The notes beneath the pieces are model-generated. The model saw nothing but the letters and a program-made list of their open reading frames with translations, had not been told where the DNA came from and did no database searches. Shown piece after piece: positions 44,612-55,110 of a stretch of DNA of 64,000 bases; position 1 is the stretch's first letter; each line of letters begins with the position of its first letter. Made by a program: the position numbers and the translations under genes. Source of the DNA: a virus; the IMG/VR virus record IMGVR_UViG_3300031159_000070, positions 64,001 through 128,000 of that record. The stretch is one strand, 5' to 3'.

Positions 44612-44818
44612 ATGATCATCGGCCTGCTCAACCCTATCCGCTGGGTTTTCGATCACAGCCGTTGGGCTGTCGATCGCACCCGCTTTGGTCCATCCCGCCA
44701 TGCAACGCTGCAGCGCGAGAAGGTCGAGTACCGCTTTATTTTCGATCACGACCGCTGGATCTTCGACCGGGCCCGCTGGTGGGGCACGGAGGCGATGACT
44801 CCGGAAGAGCTGGAGTAA
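44612..44818 (+). CDS. small protein with a duplicated aromatic motif
   Basis: 68 aa, GGAG RBS; two FDHxRWxxDRxR(F/W) copies. Confidence 0.55.
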   Translation: MIIGLLNPIRWVFDHSRWAVDRTRFGPSRHATLQREKVEYRFIFDHDRWIFDRARWWGTEAMTPEELE

Positions 44819-44824
44819 GCGCTG

Positions 44825-45385
44825 GTGGCGCGGCACGCCCTCATTGAGCTCGTCATTGAGTTACGCGAGGAGTTGATCGAGGCGCGCCGCGAAATCGCTG
44901 AGCTGCATCGGCGCATGGCCCACATCATGCGCCCGGCGCGCGTGACTCAGGTTGATGCGGAGAAGGGTCTGTTCAAGGTCGCGTATGCGCTCGACGATGA
45001 AGGCAATCCCGTCGAGAGTCCATGGATTCGCTACGCGCATCGCAATAGCAAAAAAAATCAGGTTTGGGACCCGCCGGGTGTCGATGAGCAGGTGATTCTG
45101 TTTTCGCCCGGCGGCGATGTCTCGCCGCTGTCGTGGATCATGCCTGGCGGCTTTTATGATGACATCCCGAAGAACCACGACAAGGAAGACGAATACAAGC
45201 GGACCGTCAGCAGCTCGTTGTTCCTGATGAAAGACGGGGAGATTCGCTTCAAAGCCGACAAATTGATTCTTGAAGGCGAAGTGCATCTCGGCGGCGAAGG
45301 TGGTCAGCTGGTGCATCGCAAAGGCGACGTCGATAGCGACGGCGATACGGCTGAGACCTCGGCCAGCAAAGTCTACGCCGTCTGA
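44825..45385 (+). CDS. baseplate spike (P2 gpV-like)
   Basis: ESPWI...WDPPGVDEQVILFSPGGD; C-terminal HRKGDVDSDGD. Confidence 0.9.
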   Translation: MARHALIELVIELREELIEARREIAELHRRMAHIMRPARVTQVDAEKGLFKVAYALDDEGNPVESPWIRYAHRNSKKNQVWDPPGVDEQVILFSPGGDVSPLSWIMPGGFYDDIPKNHDKEDEYKRTVSSSLFLMKDGEIRFKADKLILEGEVHLGGEGGQLVHRKGDVDSDGDTAETSASKVYAV

Positions 45386-45413
45386 TCTTTTCCCTAGATA
45401 ACGGAGATTTCCG

Positions 45414-45734
45414 ATGACGACCAAGACCTACCGGTCGAGCGGCGGCTGGGTGCTCGGCTCGTATGTGGCTGAGAATCAGCGGCTGAGGCTGCACCCGAAG
45501 CAGGCGGCGCCTTACGTGCAGAACGGCACGCTCGTTGAACTCGGTGCCGATGGGCAGCCTGTCAAGAAGGTGGCCAAGAGCGCAAAGCCGACGCCCGTCG
45601 AGGCGCCTGTCAAGCCGGCTACTCCTCCGTCTCCGCGCCCTCGCCGCTCGCGCCGCGTCTCTGAAAGCGTCTCGGCAAGCTTGCCCCAAAATCTTGTTGG
45701 CCTCGCGCCGCTCACCGACAGGTCCGAGCAGTAA
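45414..45734 (+). CDS. hypothetical protein
   Basis: 106 aa, GGAG RBS. Confidence 0.6.
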   Translation: MTTKTYRSSGGWVLGSYVAENQRLRLHPKQAAPYVQNGTLVELGADGQPVKKVAKSAKPTPVEAPVKPATPPSPRPRRSRRVSESVSASLPQNLVGLAPLTDRSEQ

Positions 45735-45747
45735 GGAGGTTTGAGCG

Positions 45748-46083
45748 GTGGCCGGGATGAACCGCCAGACCGGCAAGCCGCTTGATGGCTGGCAGCACGT
45801 CTCGCAATCGATCGGCGATATTCTCTCGACGCCGATTGGTACGCGCGTCATGCGCCGCGACTACGGCTCACGTCTTTTTGAGCTTGTTGATCGCCCGATG
45901 AACGAAGCGACCGTGATGGAGGCAACGATTGCCGTTGCCGAGGCGCTCGATCGTTGGGAGCCGCGGTTTGAGCTGCGTCGCGTGATGATCCTTGAAGGCG
46001 GCCAGGACGGCCATCTCAGCATCGATGTCATTGGCGTCTATGTGCCGGACGGCCATTTGAGAACCGTGCGCGTGACGATCTGA
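45748..46083 (+). CDS. baseplate wedge gpW/gp25
   Basis: GMNRQTGK...HVSQSIGDILSTPIGTRVMRRDYGS...RWEPR. Confidence 0.95.
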   Translation: MAGMNRQTGKPLDGWQHVSQSIGDILSTPIGTRVMRRDYGSRLFELVDRPMNEATVMEATIAVAEALDRWEPRFELRRVMILEGGQDGHLSIDVIGVYVPDGHLRTVRVTI

Positions 46084-46095
46084 AGGGGCGCTCTC

Positions 46096-47007
46096 ATGAC
46101 CACCCAAGTCACGCATCCGCCGCGCTTCGACGCGATCGATCTGTCGCAACTGCCTGCTCCAGAGGTTGTCGAAACCCTCGACTACGAAGCGATTCTCGCT
46201 GAGCTCAAGGCGGACTTCAAAGAGCGCTGGCCCGACTACGACGTCGAGATGCTGGAAAGCGATCCAGCGATCAAGCTGCTTGAGGTTGCGGCATTCCGCG
46301 AGCTGGTCCTGCGCGCCCGCGTCAATGATGCGGCCCGGGCGGTCATGCTTGCATTTGCGAAGTCGTCCGATCTCGATCATCTGGGCGCGCTTTTCAAGAC
46401 GTCGCGCAAGCTGATCCAGGAAGCCGACCCGACGATCAATCAGCCGGAAATCTACGAGAGCGACCGGGAGTATCGCGCGCGGGTGCAGCTGGCGCCGGAA
46501 GCCCTGTCGACCGCCGGCCCGATCGGGGCTTATATCTACCATGCATTATCAGCGCACCCGGATGTTCGTGACGTCGGCGTCTATTCTCCAGAGCCTGGCA
46601 GCGTGCATGTTCTGCCGCTCGTGCGCGCCGACGACGGCATTCCTTCCGAGGAAGTGCTTGATGCCGTGCGCGACCGGCTGATGCTGGAGACTGTCAAGCC
46701 GCTCACCGACTCGCTTGCGGTGCGTGCGCCTGAGCGTATCGATTTCACGGTCGAGGCAACGCTCGTCATTCCGCATGGACCGGACTCGTTGACCGTCAAG
46801 CAGGCGGCAGAGGCCGCTCTTGCGACCTACCTCAGCTCAAGGCACAGAGTTGGCCGCACGGTCTATCGCTCAGGAATAACTGCAGCGCTTTCCGTGGCCT
46901 CCGTCGAGACCATCGTGCTCGCCAGTCCGGCCCAAGATGTGATCGTGGGCCCCGATCAAGTCGCTTGGGCGACGGATATCTCGATCTCCATTCAAGTCGC
47001 CGACTGA
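46096..47007 (+). CDS. baseplate J protein
   Basis: IDLSQLPAPEVVETLDYEAIL, ESDP, STAGP.GAY, PLTD. Confidence 0.95.
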   Translation: MTTQVTHPPRFDAIDLSQLPAPEVVETLDYEAILAELKADFKERWPDYDVEMLESDPAIKLLEVAAFRELVLRARVNDAARAVMLAFAKSSDLDHLGALFKTSRKLIQEADPTINQPEIYESDREYRARVQLAPEALSTAGPIGAYIYHALSAHPDVRDVGVYSPEPGSVHVLPLVRADDGIPSEEVLDAVRDRLMLETVKPLTDSLAVRAPERIDFTVEATLVIPHGPDSLTVKQAAEAALATYLSSRHRVGRTVYRSGITAALSVASVETIVLASPAQDVIVGPDQVAWATDISISIQVAD

Positions 47008-47010
47008 GCG

Positions 47011-48246
47011 ATGCACCAACATCTGCTGCCGCCCAACTCGACGCCGCTCGAGATCGCGCTCGCGCAGACTATTGCGCGCATCTCGATGATTCCCGATCCC
47101 GTCGAGGTCGTCTGGCGTCCTTGGGAATGTCCGGAAAACATCTTACCGTGGCTCGCGTGGGCGTTATCTGTCGATGTCTGGGATAATACCTGGACGGAAG
47201 AGCGCAAGCGCCACGTCATCGCGAATGCGGTCGAGCTGCATCGCCTGAAAGGGACTGCGGCAGGTCTCAAGCGTCACGTCAAGCTCGTCGATTCGGAAGT
47301 CAAGCAGCTCGTCGTCCCGCCGCAGAGCGCATTCGCGTCGCGCTCTCTCACCAAGGAGGAGATGGACGCTTGGCTCAGGACGATGCCGCAGATCCGGGTC
47401 TATCTCGCGCGCGAGGTGGGCTCTGGACAGGGGCTCTACTTTGCCAACCAGCATTTCGTCGACAACGCGTTTGCCTGCTTCGATGCCGGCAGGGCACTCT
47501 ATGGTCGCACTGCCCGCCTATGGGATCGCGGCGAGGAAGTTCCGCTCAAGATCGTCGATCTGACGACGCAGCGGGAAGAGAGACAGGCTCTGAGAATTGA
47601 GCGCGTCTCGATTCCCGGTAATGCCGGCAAGGGTGCGTTCGTCGGGCGGTTCATCAATCACACATTCGTCGGTCATGTCGGTAAGGCGGCGCAGATTGTC
47701 ACTTACCGTCAGAACATCAGCTATGAGCACCGGCTGTCGTCCCTGTCGATGCGCTCTGCTCATCCTGGCCTTGATCCCGTTGACGTGCGTTCGGAAAGGG
47801 TTAGCGAAACAGGGCATGCCGGTGCATACGCGTTTGTCAGGCGTTTTGTCGGTCACGTGTTTGCCGGCGAGGATCGAGCGCCGTGGATGATGTACGACCG
47901 CATCGTCCTGCATGATCCGGCGCGCGCGGCGATCAAGGTGCCGGCCTGGTCTTTTGCGGGTTACGCCCGGCTCGGCATCCGGCCCTATACGGCCAAAACG
48001 ATCATCGATCTCAAGGATACGATGCACGCGCGCGCCGCGGCCGTCGGCAAGTTCATCGGCAGGTGCTACGCGCTACCTGAAAAGACCCGCAAGAGGACGA
48101 ATGCGCGACTCGCCGTGCGTGCTTCCAAGGCCGCACGCGACCGCATCTTTGTTACCCACAAGCTCACGCGCCCGCGCACCTTCGCGGACGGCATCCCGCT
48201 CGACGGGAGCTTCACGTTCGGCGCGCGCGTCGCATTCCGCCTTTAA
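47011..48246 (+). CDS. tail protein I (P2 gpI-like), extended
   Basis: LLPPNSTPLE, LPWLAWALSVDVW, HRLKGT. Confidence 0.9.
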   Translation: MHQHLLPPNSTPLEIALAQTIARISMIPDPVEVVWRPWECPENILPWLAWALSVDVWDNTWTEERKRHVIANAVELHRLKGTAAGLKRHVKLVDSEVKQLVVPPQSAFASRSLTKEEMDAWLRTMPQIRVYLAREVGSGQGLYFANQHFVDNAFACFDAGRALYGRTARLWDRGEEVPLKIVDLTTQREERQALRIERVSIPGNAGKGAFVGRFINHTFVGHVGKAAQIVTYRQNISYEHRLSSLSMRSAHPGLDPVDVRSERVSETGHAGAYAFVRRFVGHVFAGEDRAPWMMYDRIVLHDPARAAIKVPAWSFAGYARLGIRPYTAKTIIDLKDTMHARAAAVGKFIGRCYALPEKTRKRTNARLAVRASKAARDRIFVTHKLTRPRTFADGIPLDGSFTFGARVAFRL

Positions 48247-48263
48247 CTCGGAAGGACCACTCC

Positions 48264-50522
48264 ATGGAGCGGCGTGTCAAGATCCATCAGAATCAGCAGA
48301 TCACTGATACCGATCTCAACAACATGGGCGAGTTCCCGCGTGCGTCGCTTGATCACGTCGTGCATGACGGTATCGATAATGGGCGCAAGTTCTGGGGTTT
48401 TCCTGTTGTTGCAAGCGGCCCGCTTGAGGTCACCGTTGGTGCCGGCCGGTATTACAATCAGGGCAAGGTGTTTTATCGCGACGATGACGGCGGTGTGACG
48501 CTGTCCGTTGCCGATTACGTGCCTGTCGTCACAAAGCGCATCGTCACTGTCGCGGTCTGGGGTCAGGAGGTCGATACCAACGTGCAGCCGCGCACGTTCC
48601 TGCAGAATGTCGATACTCTTGAGACCGAAGCCGAGGCGGTCGCCACCGAAAGCCGTCGTCACGCCGAAATCAATCTCGTGGCCGGCATCGAGGCCGTCGA
48701 GCCGCAGCCGGCTCCGCTCGATGCCAACGTCATCGCGGTTGCCTATATCACCATGTCGCCGGGCGGCATCGAATCGATCGAGGCTGTCGAGATCAACCGT
48801 ATCACGTCGGTTGCCGCCAATCGGCAAAAGATCAATGAACTAGACGCATGGCGCAGTCAGGCAGGGTCGATCCTTGATACCCTGCGGTCGGACGTGGCTG
48901 GCATCGTCGATCGGCAGCGCGGATTGATCGGGCGCACGGAGTTCAACGATGTGACCGCGGACGTAGCGGCAATCAAGGACTTGCTGGAGCTTCCTGATGA
49001 TCTGACGACTTACTCCGCCGACCACTTCCTCGACCTGAGCGGTAGCGATCCGGATCATCCCGATTGGCTTGCCAAGGTCGAAGAGGGTGTTCGCTTTCCG
49101 CATGCCCAAGAGCGCCTTGCTCAAATCGGTCTGCTCAATCAGTTCGAGGAGCGCGTTACGGTCACCAACGGCTTCATGCTGCCAAAGTGGCATGAGGTGA
49201 CACGCATCGCCGTCGTCGGAAACGACGGCGAGCTGAGTCTGTCTCAGTACCAGTTCCAGACTGTGACGGTTGTTGAGAAGAAGCGCTCTCGTCGCCGCGT
49301 CCGCTACGGCGAGGTAATGAAGAAGTGTACGAACTCCTCCTGGTGGAAGTCCGGACACTACAATGCGCATGAGCGTATTTTCAGCCGCGGCGACGAAGTC
49401 TTCGAGGTCGTCAGCAAGGACGGCAAGTGGGTTCGCCTGCGTCAATACTGGGTTGATTACGTCGAGGAGAGCTATTGGGAGGAAGTCGTCGTTACCGAGG
49501 GCGTCAACGGCTCGGTAACGGGGCAGACCTTCCTCAATGCGCAAGACGGCTGGCTGACTTCGATCGATCTCTACTTCACCCGCGTCGCCAGCACCGGCGA
49601 TGTCCATGTGCTGATCACGGAAACCGCAGGTGGCGCGCCAGATTTCACGAAGACGATCGCCAAGGTCACGGTTGCTGCCGCCGATTTGAAGGTCTGGCCA
49701 GACGCGACGCGCATTCCGTTCTCACCAACGCACCTAATCGCTGGCCGCTATGCGATCGTGATCATCACTCCAGGCAACCATTTCTCTGCACTTGTCTCCA
49801 ACAATAAATTCGCCGAAGGCTCGCTCTTCTACAGCACAGACAGTGCTTGGTTCATGGGCGACCTGACGCGCGATCTGGCGTTCCGCGCCAACTTCGCCGA
49901 GTTTGAGAGTCCGCGCGTCGAGGTCCAGATGCAGCCGCTGGAGCTCGCCAATGGTATTGCCGCGATTGACCTTTTGATGGAATCAATCGTTCCGACGGGT
50001 TGCGAGATCCATCACGAGGTCCAGATCAATTCCGTCTGGAAGCGGCTGTCAGAGGAAAACCAGAACCTTCTGAACGGCCTGCCGGCTCTGGTGCCCTATC
50101 GCATCGTGTTTGTTGGCACAACCGACAATCATGGCGGTGTCGCGCTGGGCGCGCCGTCAACGGCGCTCACATTGCGCCCGCGCACGGATTTCCAGCACGT
50201 TTCCGCGACACGGACGCTGCCGGCTCCGTGCGACGAGATCGAGGTCAGGGCAGAGGTCGAATGGTGGGATGACGACCGCCATACACTCGACATCAAGCTG
50301 CTGACAGGCGCCGAGTTCGATACCGAGGTGCCGGCGGACAGCACAGAAGAAAGGGCGTTGCCGAACCTCGCCGGCGTCACGGATCGCAAAGAGTTCCGCG
50401 CCAAATTCACTCTCGGTGCCCCGATCGAGGCTTACAAGATCCTGCTCGAAGGCACAACCAACAACGCGCTCGTCACCTATCACGTGTCAAAGCGTGTCGA
50501 CATCGCGTGGGCGGCAGAGTGA
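48264..50522 (+). CDS. baseplate/tail protein (DUF4815-like)
   Basis: 752 aa after gpI; GQTF...LTSIDLYF...GRYAIV. Confidence 0.7.
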   Translation: MERRVKIHQNQQITDTDLNNMGEFPRASLDHVVHDGIDNGRKFWGFPVVASGPLEVTVGAGRYYNQGKVFYRDDDGGVTLSVADYVPVVTKRIVTVAVWGQEVDTNVQPRTFLQNVDTLETEAEAVATESRRHAEINLVAGIEAVEPQPAPLDANVIAVAYITMSPGGIESIEAVEINRITSVAANRQKINELDAWRSQAGSILDTLRSDVAGIVDRQRGLIGRTEFNDVTADVAAIKDLLELPDDLTTYSADHFLDLSGSDPDHPDWLAKVEEGVRFPHAQERLAQIGLLNQFEERVTVTNGFMLPKWHEVTRIAVVGNDGELSLSQYQFQTVTVVEKKRSRRRVRYGEVMKKCTNSSWWKSGHYNAHERIFSRGDEVFEVVSKDGKWVRLRQYWVDYVEESYWEEVVVTEGVNGSVTGQTFLNAQDGWLTSIDLYFTRVASTGDVHVLITETAGGAPDFTKTIAKVTVAAADLKVWPDATRIPFSPTHLIAGRYAIVIITPGNHFSALVSNNKFAEGSLFYSTDSAWFMGDLTRDLAFRANFAEFESPRVEVQMQPLELANGIAAIDLLMESIVPTGCEIHHEVQINSVWKRLSEENQNLLNGLPALVPYRIVFVGTTDNHGGVALGAPSTALTLRPRTDFQHVSATRTLPAPCDEIEVRAEVEWWDDDRHTLDIKLLTGAEFDTEVPADSTEERALPNLAGVTDRKEFRAKFTLGAPIEAYKILLEGTTNNALVTYHVSKRVDIAWAAE

Positions 50523-50562
50523 CGTTTTGCTGAAATAGCAGAAAATCAGACGGAGACCTGAT

Positions 50563-50754
50563 ATGGCCCCCCGAAAAAAGGAGCCAGCCCTTGAGCTTGG
50601 CGCAATTGAAGCCGATCGCCAGTACAGGGTGAAGTTCCGTCTGCCGCATGCAATTGGGCGGACGCGCTTCTCACCGATCCACAGCTACAGGATCAAGGGT
50701 AAGTTGCTGACCGAAATTCCGGTTGAAAAGCTTTCGAGCGTGGAAGCTATCTGA
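50563..50754 (+). CDS. small hypothetical protein
   Basis: 63 aa, GGAG RBS, TGATG-coupled. Confidence 0.6.
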   Translation: MAPRKKEPALELGAIEADRQYRVKFRLPHAIGRTRFSPIHSYRIKGKLLTEIPVEKLSSVEAI

Positions 50755-51878
50755 TGGCAGAAGTCGTCGATGCTTTCGAGCGGGCGTTTTCGGCCGCCTC
50801 CCTCAAGGGCATCAACGCCGAAACCTGGGACCGCTTTATCCGCACGATCAACGTGCGACTCAAAGGCGTCGAGGAAAAGAAGGCAGATTTTGAGGCGGCA
50901 GAGCAGCTGCTTATCGGTCTTGGGTTGCAGCGGATCAACGAAGCGCTGCTGCCGGCATTCCAGACGATCACGGGCCTATCGCATCTAGGCGCGATATTTT
51001 CAACCACCTCATCGACAACACTCGAGATCGGCGTTGGCTCGAAAGAGCTCACCATAGCCGAGGCGGATCGCGACCGTTTCGCTCCGTCGGCCTATCTGGC
51101 AATTCGCGCGACTGGCGAAGGCGTGCGCGTGATGACCGGCTACCTTGTCGAGTATCAACGCGAGACTGGTACGCTCAAGATTGATGTCGATCAATTCCGC
51201 GGAGAAGGCTCTCACAACGATTGGACCATATCGGCTGCGGCAGCACCTGATTTCGCAAGTTTTGCGGACATCAGAGGAGAGGCGCCGGAAGGACTGGATA
51301 CACTCGAAAAGATTGCTCAAGCGATCGACAACGATCCCACATTCGCCGAGACTATCAACTCCGCATTGGCCTCGTTGAACGCGAGCCTGGTCAATGGTCT
51401 GTCCGGCAAGGTATCGCTTTCTCGAAAGATCGAGACCTCTGGATTGGCTCAGGGAGGGGGTACACTTGCTTCGGATCGCACCATTCTGGTGCCAAAGGCC
51501 AATGCTGCTTCACTTCGCGGCGGGACAGACGATACCAGCGCGCTAACAGCGAAGGCAGCTTATAGCGCCATGGCCGAGGTGACGCTGACGGATGCCGCAA
51601 CCGTCACTATCGATTTGACCGCGGGCACGGATTTCTACCTTCCGCTCGGAGGCAACCGCACCCTCGCCAATCCGACCAATGCCGACAAGGTGATCGGAAA
51701 GAAGGGCCGCATTCGCATCGTCCACAGCGACCGCACGCTCTCATTCGGGTCGAATTGGGAGTTTGCTGGCGGGGAGGCACCGGACCTGAGCGAGGGCAGC
51801 AACAAGACCGACATTCTCTATTACGACGTTATAGCCGCCGATCGCATTCTCGGCGCGCTGGTTCCGGAGATTTCGTGA
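50754..51878 (+). CDS. tail fibre protein
   Basis: APEGLDTLEKIAQAIDNDPTFA fibre motif, GLAQGGGTLASDRTI, LTDAATV...LGGNRTLANPT. Confidence 0.85.
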   Translation: MAEVVDAFERAFSAASLKGINAETWDRFIRTINVRLKGVEEKKADFEAAEQLLIGLGLQRINEALLPAFQTITGLSHLGAIFSTTSSTTLEIGVGSKELTIAEADRDRFAPSAYLAIRATGEGVRVMTGYLVEYQRETGTLKIDVDQFRGEGSHNDWTISAAAAPDFASFADIRGEAPEGLDTLEKIAQAIDNDPTFAETINSALASLNASLVNGLSGKVSLSRKIETSGLAQGGGTLASDRTILVPKANAASLRGGTDDTSALTAKAAYSAMAEVTLTDAATVTIDLTAGTDFYLPLGGNRTLANPTNADKVIGKKGRIRIVHSDRTLSFGSNWEFAGGEAPDLSEGSNKTDILYYDVIAADRILGALVPEIS

Positions 51879-52633
51879 TGACGCCTCCGCTTGCGCTTCC
51901 CCCCCCTGATTTTCCTCTCCCCGCCTATGTGCGGCGGGCTGAGAGTGGGCTGCTGACGCCGGTAGCTGCTGTTCTGCCTGGACTCTACATGCTGCCGGGG
52001 TTCTTCGGTGGCGCACGCAAGGTCGAGTTTTTCGATAGTGCGACCAGCAAGAGCGCGACGATCCAAGTCCCGCCCGGTGTGCGGGCTGGCGACATCATCG
52101 TACTGGCCGACTATGCGATTGAAGATGGTGACGAGCCGGATCTGGTCATCCCGTCCGGCTTTACTTCGTGGATGGACTATGGCGGCGACACCAGCGCCAG
52201 TGGCTGGGAGTCCCGGCTGCTGGCGAGCTACAAGATTGCCGCTGGCACCGAGGGCGGGACGAACCTCACCGGCATGGCGGGCGATGAAGAGTCGAAGGCG
52301 TTGGTGGTGTTTCGGCCGAACTTCGCGGTGGGCGCAGTTACGAGGACCGATTCGGGCGGGTCGAACACCAACAGCAACCCAGCGCCTGTGTCGATTCTGT
52401 CCGGCGCTGGAGCCCCACCGCTGATCGTGTTCGGGTTCTACGCGGTTGCGTCCGGTTCGATTAGCCCGCGCACCATGACTCCGGCGAAGGACTCCGAGAT
52501 CAACGCGGCGGGTGATCCTGTCCTCTACATGGCGTGGAAAATTTACAACTCATCTCCCGCCAACGTCCAAATCGACATGGATGACGAAGGCAACCTGAAC
52601 ACGCTCGCGGGCGGATTTTTGGAGGTAGCGTGA
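51878..52633 (+). CDS. fibre tip/receptor-binding-associated protein
   Basis: VPPGVRAGDIIVL...PSGFT beta-sandwich; coupled to the fibre gene. Confidence 0.6.
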   Translation: MTPPLALPPPDFPLPAYVRRAESGLLTPVAAVLPGLYMLPGFFGGARKVEFFDSATSKSATIQVPPGVRAGDIIVLADYAIEDGDEPDLVIPSGFTSWMDYGGDTSASGWESRLLASYKIAAGTEGGTNLTGMAGDEESKALVVFRPNFAVGAVTRTDSGGSNTNSNPAPVSILSGAGAPPLIVFGFYAVASGSISPRTMTPAKDSEINAAGDPVLYMAWKIYNSSPANVQIDMDDEGNLNTLAGGFLEVA

Positions 52634-53160
52634 TGCTCGTCTACACCCTCCCCGACAACCGCCAGATCCAGCAAGGACAAGCCTTCGAGCTGGACGGTAT
52701 CAAATACCCGCGCAACTGGCTCACCCGTGCCACCCCAGAAGATTTGCAGGATCGCGGAATTACCGTCGAGGAAATTGCTGATCCGGAGCCCGAGCCCTAT
52801 CAGCCGACAGTCGATGATGTGATCGCCGAGCGCGCGCGACGCTTGGCGCTCGGCTTCGACTATGACTTCGGTGACGAGCGCGGCGTTCATCGTATCGGCA
52901 CGACCGATAACGATATGAAGGGCTGGGATGAGGTAACAAAGATATCGAATGCCTTTCTAGCGATTGGCGAAAACGACGCGACTATTCAGATCGAAACCAA
53001 TACCGGCCCGACACAAGTTACCGCGTTGGAATGGCAGTATATTCTGATTGCTGCCGCGCAGTTCCGGCAGCCGATTTGGCTGGCATCCTTCGCGCTGCAG
53101 AAGATGGACCCGATTCCGGAAGACTACGCCGACGACAGCTATTGGCTGCCGAGCGAATGA
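52630..53160 (+). CDS. tail fibre assembly protein (DUF4376-like)
   Basis: GIKYPRNWL; ERARRLALGF...DPIPEDYADDSYW. Confidence 0.75.
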   Translation: MMLVYTLPDNRQIQQGQAFELDGIKYPRNWLTRATPEDLQDRGITVEEIADPEPEPYQPTVDDVIAERARRLALGFDYDFGDERGVHRIGTTDNDMKGWDEVTKISNAFLAIGENDATIQIETNTGPTQVTALEWQYILIAAAQFRQPIWLASFALQKMDPIPEDYADDSYWLPSE

Positions 53161-53294
53161 TCGATTCACCGAGTGAATATCTGAGTTTGGCCGATTCCTG
53201 ATCCGGCATCGTGATTTCGCGCTGCGACCTACGGTTCGCGGCGTTTTTTGCGTTCTCGCGCCCTCTCACCCACGTCATTGAAGGAGGCCATCTG

Positions 53295-55031
53295 ATGGCT
53301 GCCGCTCTTCGCTATCTGCACGGCGTTGAGGTTATTGAGGTGTCGGATGGCATCCGGCCCATCCAGACCCTCAAGTCCGCCGTGATCGGTATCGTCGGCA
53401 CGGCTCCCGACGCTGACCCGGAAATCTTTCCTATCAACGAACCCGTCCTGCTTATCGGCGATCAACGCACCGCACAGCTGCTCGGATCTTCCGGCACGCT
53501 GCTCGATGCTATGAAAGACATCTATTCCATCATCGGCGCCACGGTCGTGCTGGTGCGCGTCGAGGAAGGCGAAAACGACGCCGAGACGCTTTCCAACGTC
53601 ATCGGCAATCCGATCACCAAGACCGGCGTGTGGGCCTTGATGACGGCCAACGAGAAGGTCAAGGTAAAGCCGCGCTTGCTGTGCGCTCCCGGCTTCACTG
53701 GATTGCGCCCGACAGACGGTATTGCGAGCGTCACTGTCAACACCGGCGGCGCAAACTACGACCCGCTCCGGCCGCCCAAGGTGACATTCCAGAGCGACAG
53801 CGGCTACGGCGCCGAAGCCGTCGCGGTCATTCAAAACGGCCATGTCAACTCGATCATCGTCACCAACCCGGGTCACGGCTATGCTTCGCCGCCGACGGTT
53901 ACGATCGAAAGCACGGCGCCCACTCTCTCGGTCCAGGCTGGCGAGGAGAACGCCGGCAATGGCACGCTGACGCTGGCTGAGCCTGGTTATAGCACCGACA
54001 TCAAAGCTGGCCGGTATGTCATCACCTGCACGGCTGCAGCACAGGATGGCGGCACCTTCAGCGTCGTCGATCCCAATGGTGATACGGTCGGCGAAGCCAC
54101 TGTTGGCCTGGCCTTCGATGACGAGATCAAGTTCACGATCGCCGATGGCGAAGACGACTTCGAGGAAGGCGACACCTTCTTCGTGGACGTGACCATCAAC
54201 GGCGGCTTCGGCGCCACGGCGACGGCTGTTCCCGGCGCTGCTGCTAATCCGGTCGGCAAGGCGCTCGAGGCGCTTGCGATGCGACTGCGTGCTATCGCGT
54301 TCCTCGACGGTCCGAACACGACCAACGAGGCAGCCGTTCAGTATCGCGGCGACTACGGGTCGGATCGTGTCATGATTCTCGATCCGTATCCGCTCGTCTG
54401 GTCAACCGACGTCAATGCCTATGTGGCGCGGCCGGGCTCGCCGCTCGCTTGTGCGCTGCAGTGCCGTATCGATAACGAGAACGGTTTTTGGCACTCGTTC
54501 TCGAACAAGGTGCTGCCCAACATCGGCGGGATTTCGCGTCCCATTAGCTGGGAGATCGACAACCCCGACACGGACGCCAACTACCTCAACGAGAACCGCG
54601 TCACGACTATCGTCAGGACCTGGACAGCGCAAAACGGCGGCTTCCGGTTCTGGGGTGTGCGGACGACGGCATCCGATCCGGTGTGGACTTTCATGTCGGT
54701 CCGGCGCACGGCTGACATGATCTACGAGTCGATCATCGACGCCTTCCTGTGGATCGTTGATCAGCCGATCAGTCCGCAGCTCCTCGAGGACGCCGTGCGC
54801 TCGGTGCAGGCCTATCTCCGTCTGCTCACCCGCCGCGGTGCGACGCTTGGCGGTGATGCCTGGCTCGATGTGCACCTCAACACCAAGGAGGAGCTGGCCT
54901 CCGGCAAGCTGTCGATCAGCTTCGACTTCGAGCCGCCGGCTCCCGTCGAGCGCCTGACGTTCCACGCACACAGGAACATCGCCTACTACGATGTGCTGCT
55001 CGAGGAAGTCATTCGCGAGCTGAGCCTCTAA
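53295..55031 (+). CDS. tail sheath protein with inserted domains
   Basis: YLHGVEVIE..GIRPI, SAVIGIVGTAPDAD, GFWHSFSN, ANYLNE, GFRFWG.RT, VRRTAD. Confidence 0.96.
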   Translation: MAAALRYLHGVEVIEVSDGIRPIQTLKSAVIGIVGTAPDADPEIFPINEPVLLIGDQRTAQLLGSSGTLLDAMKDIYSIIGATVVLVRVEEGENDAETLSNVIGNPITKTGVWALMTANEKVKVKPRLLCAPGFTGLRPTDGIASVTVNTGGANYDPLRPPKVTFQSDSGYGAEAVAVIQNGHVNSIIVTNPGHGYASPPTVTIESTAPTLSVQAGEENAGNGTLTLAEPGYSTDIKAGRYVITCTAAAQDGGTFSVVDPNGDTVGEATVGLAFDDEIKFTIADGEDDFEEGDTFFVDVTINGGFGATATAVPGAAANPVGKALEALAMRLRAIAFLDGPNTTNEAAVQYRGDYGSDRVMILDPYPLVWSTDVNAYVARPGSPLACALQCRIDNENGFWHSFSNKVLPNIGGISRPISWEIDNPDTDANYLNENRVTTIVRTWTAQNGGFRFWGVRTTASDPVWTFMSVRRTADMIYESIIDAFLWIVDQPISPQLLEDAVRSVQAYLRLLTRRGATLGGDAWLDVHLNTKEELASGKLSISFDFEPPAPVERLTFHAHRNIAYYDVLLEEVIRELSL

Positions 55032-55055
55032 GATCCCAAACCTGACGCAATCGCG

Positions 55056-55086
55056 GTCGCCGGCGAAAGCCGGCGGCTTTCTCTTT
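55056..55086 (+). terminator. hairpin with T-tract after the sheath gene
   Basis: GTCGCCGGC-GAAA-GCCGGCGGC-TTTCTCTTT. Confidence 0.65.
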
Positions 55087-55110
55087 ATCGGCCAATGACG
55101 GAGAGCGCAG

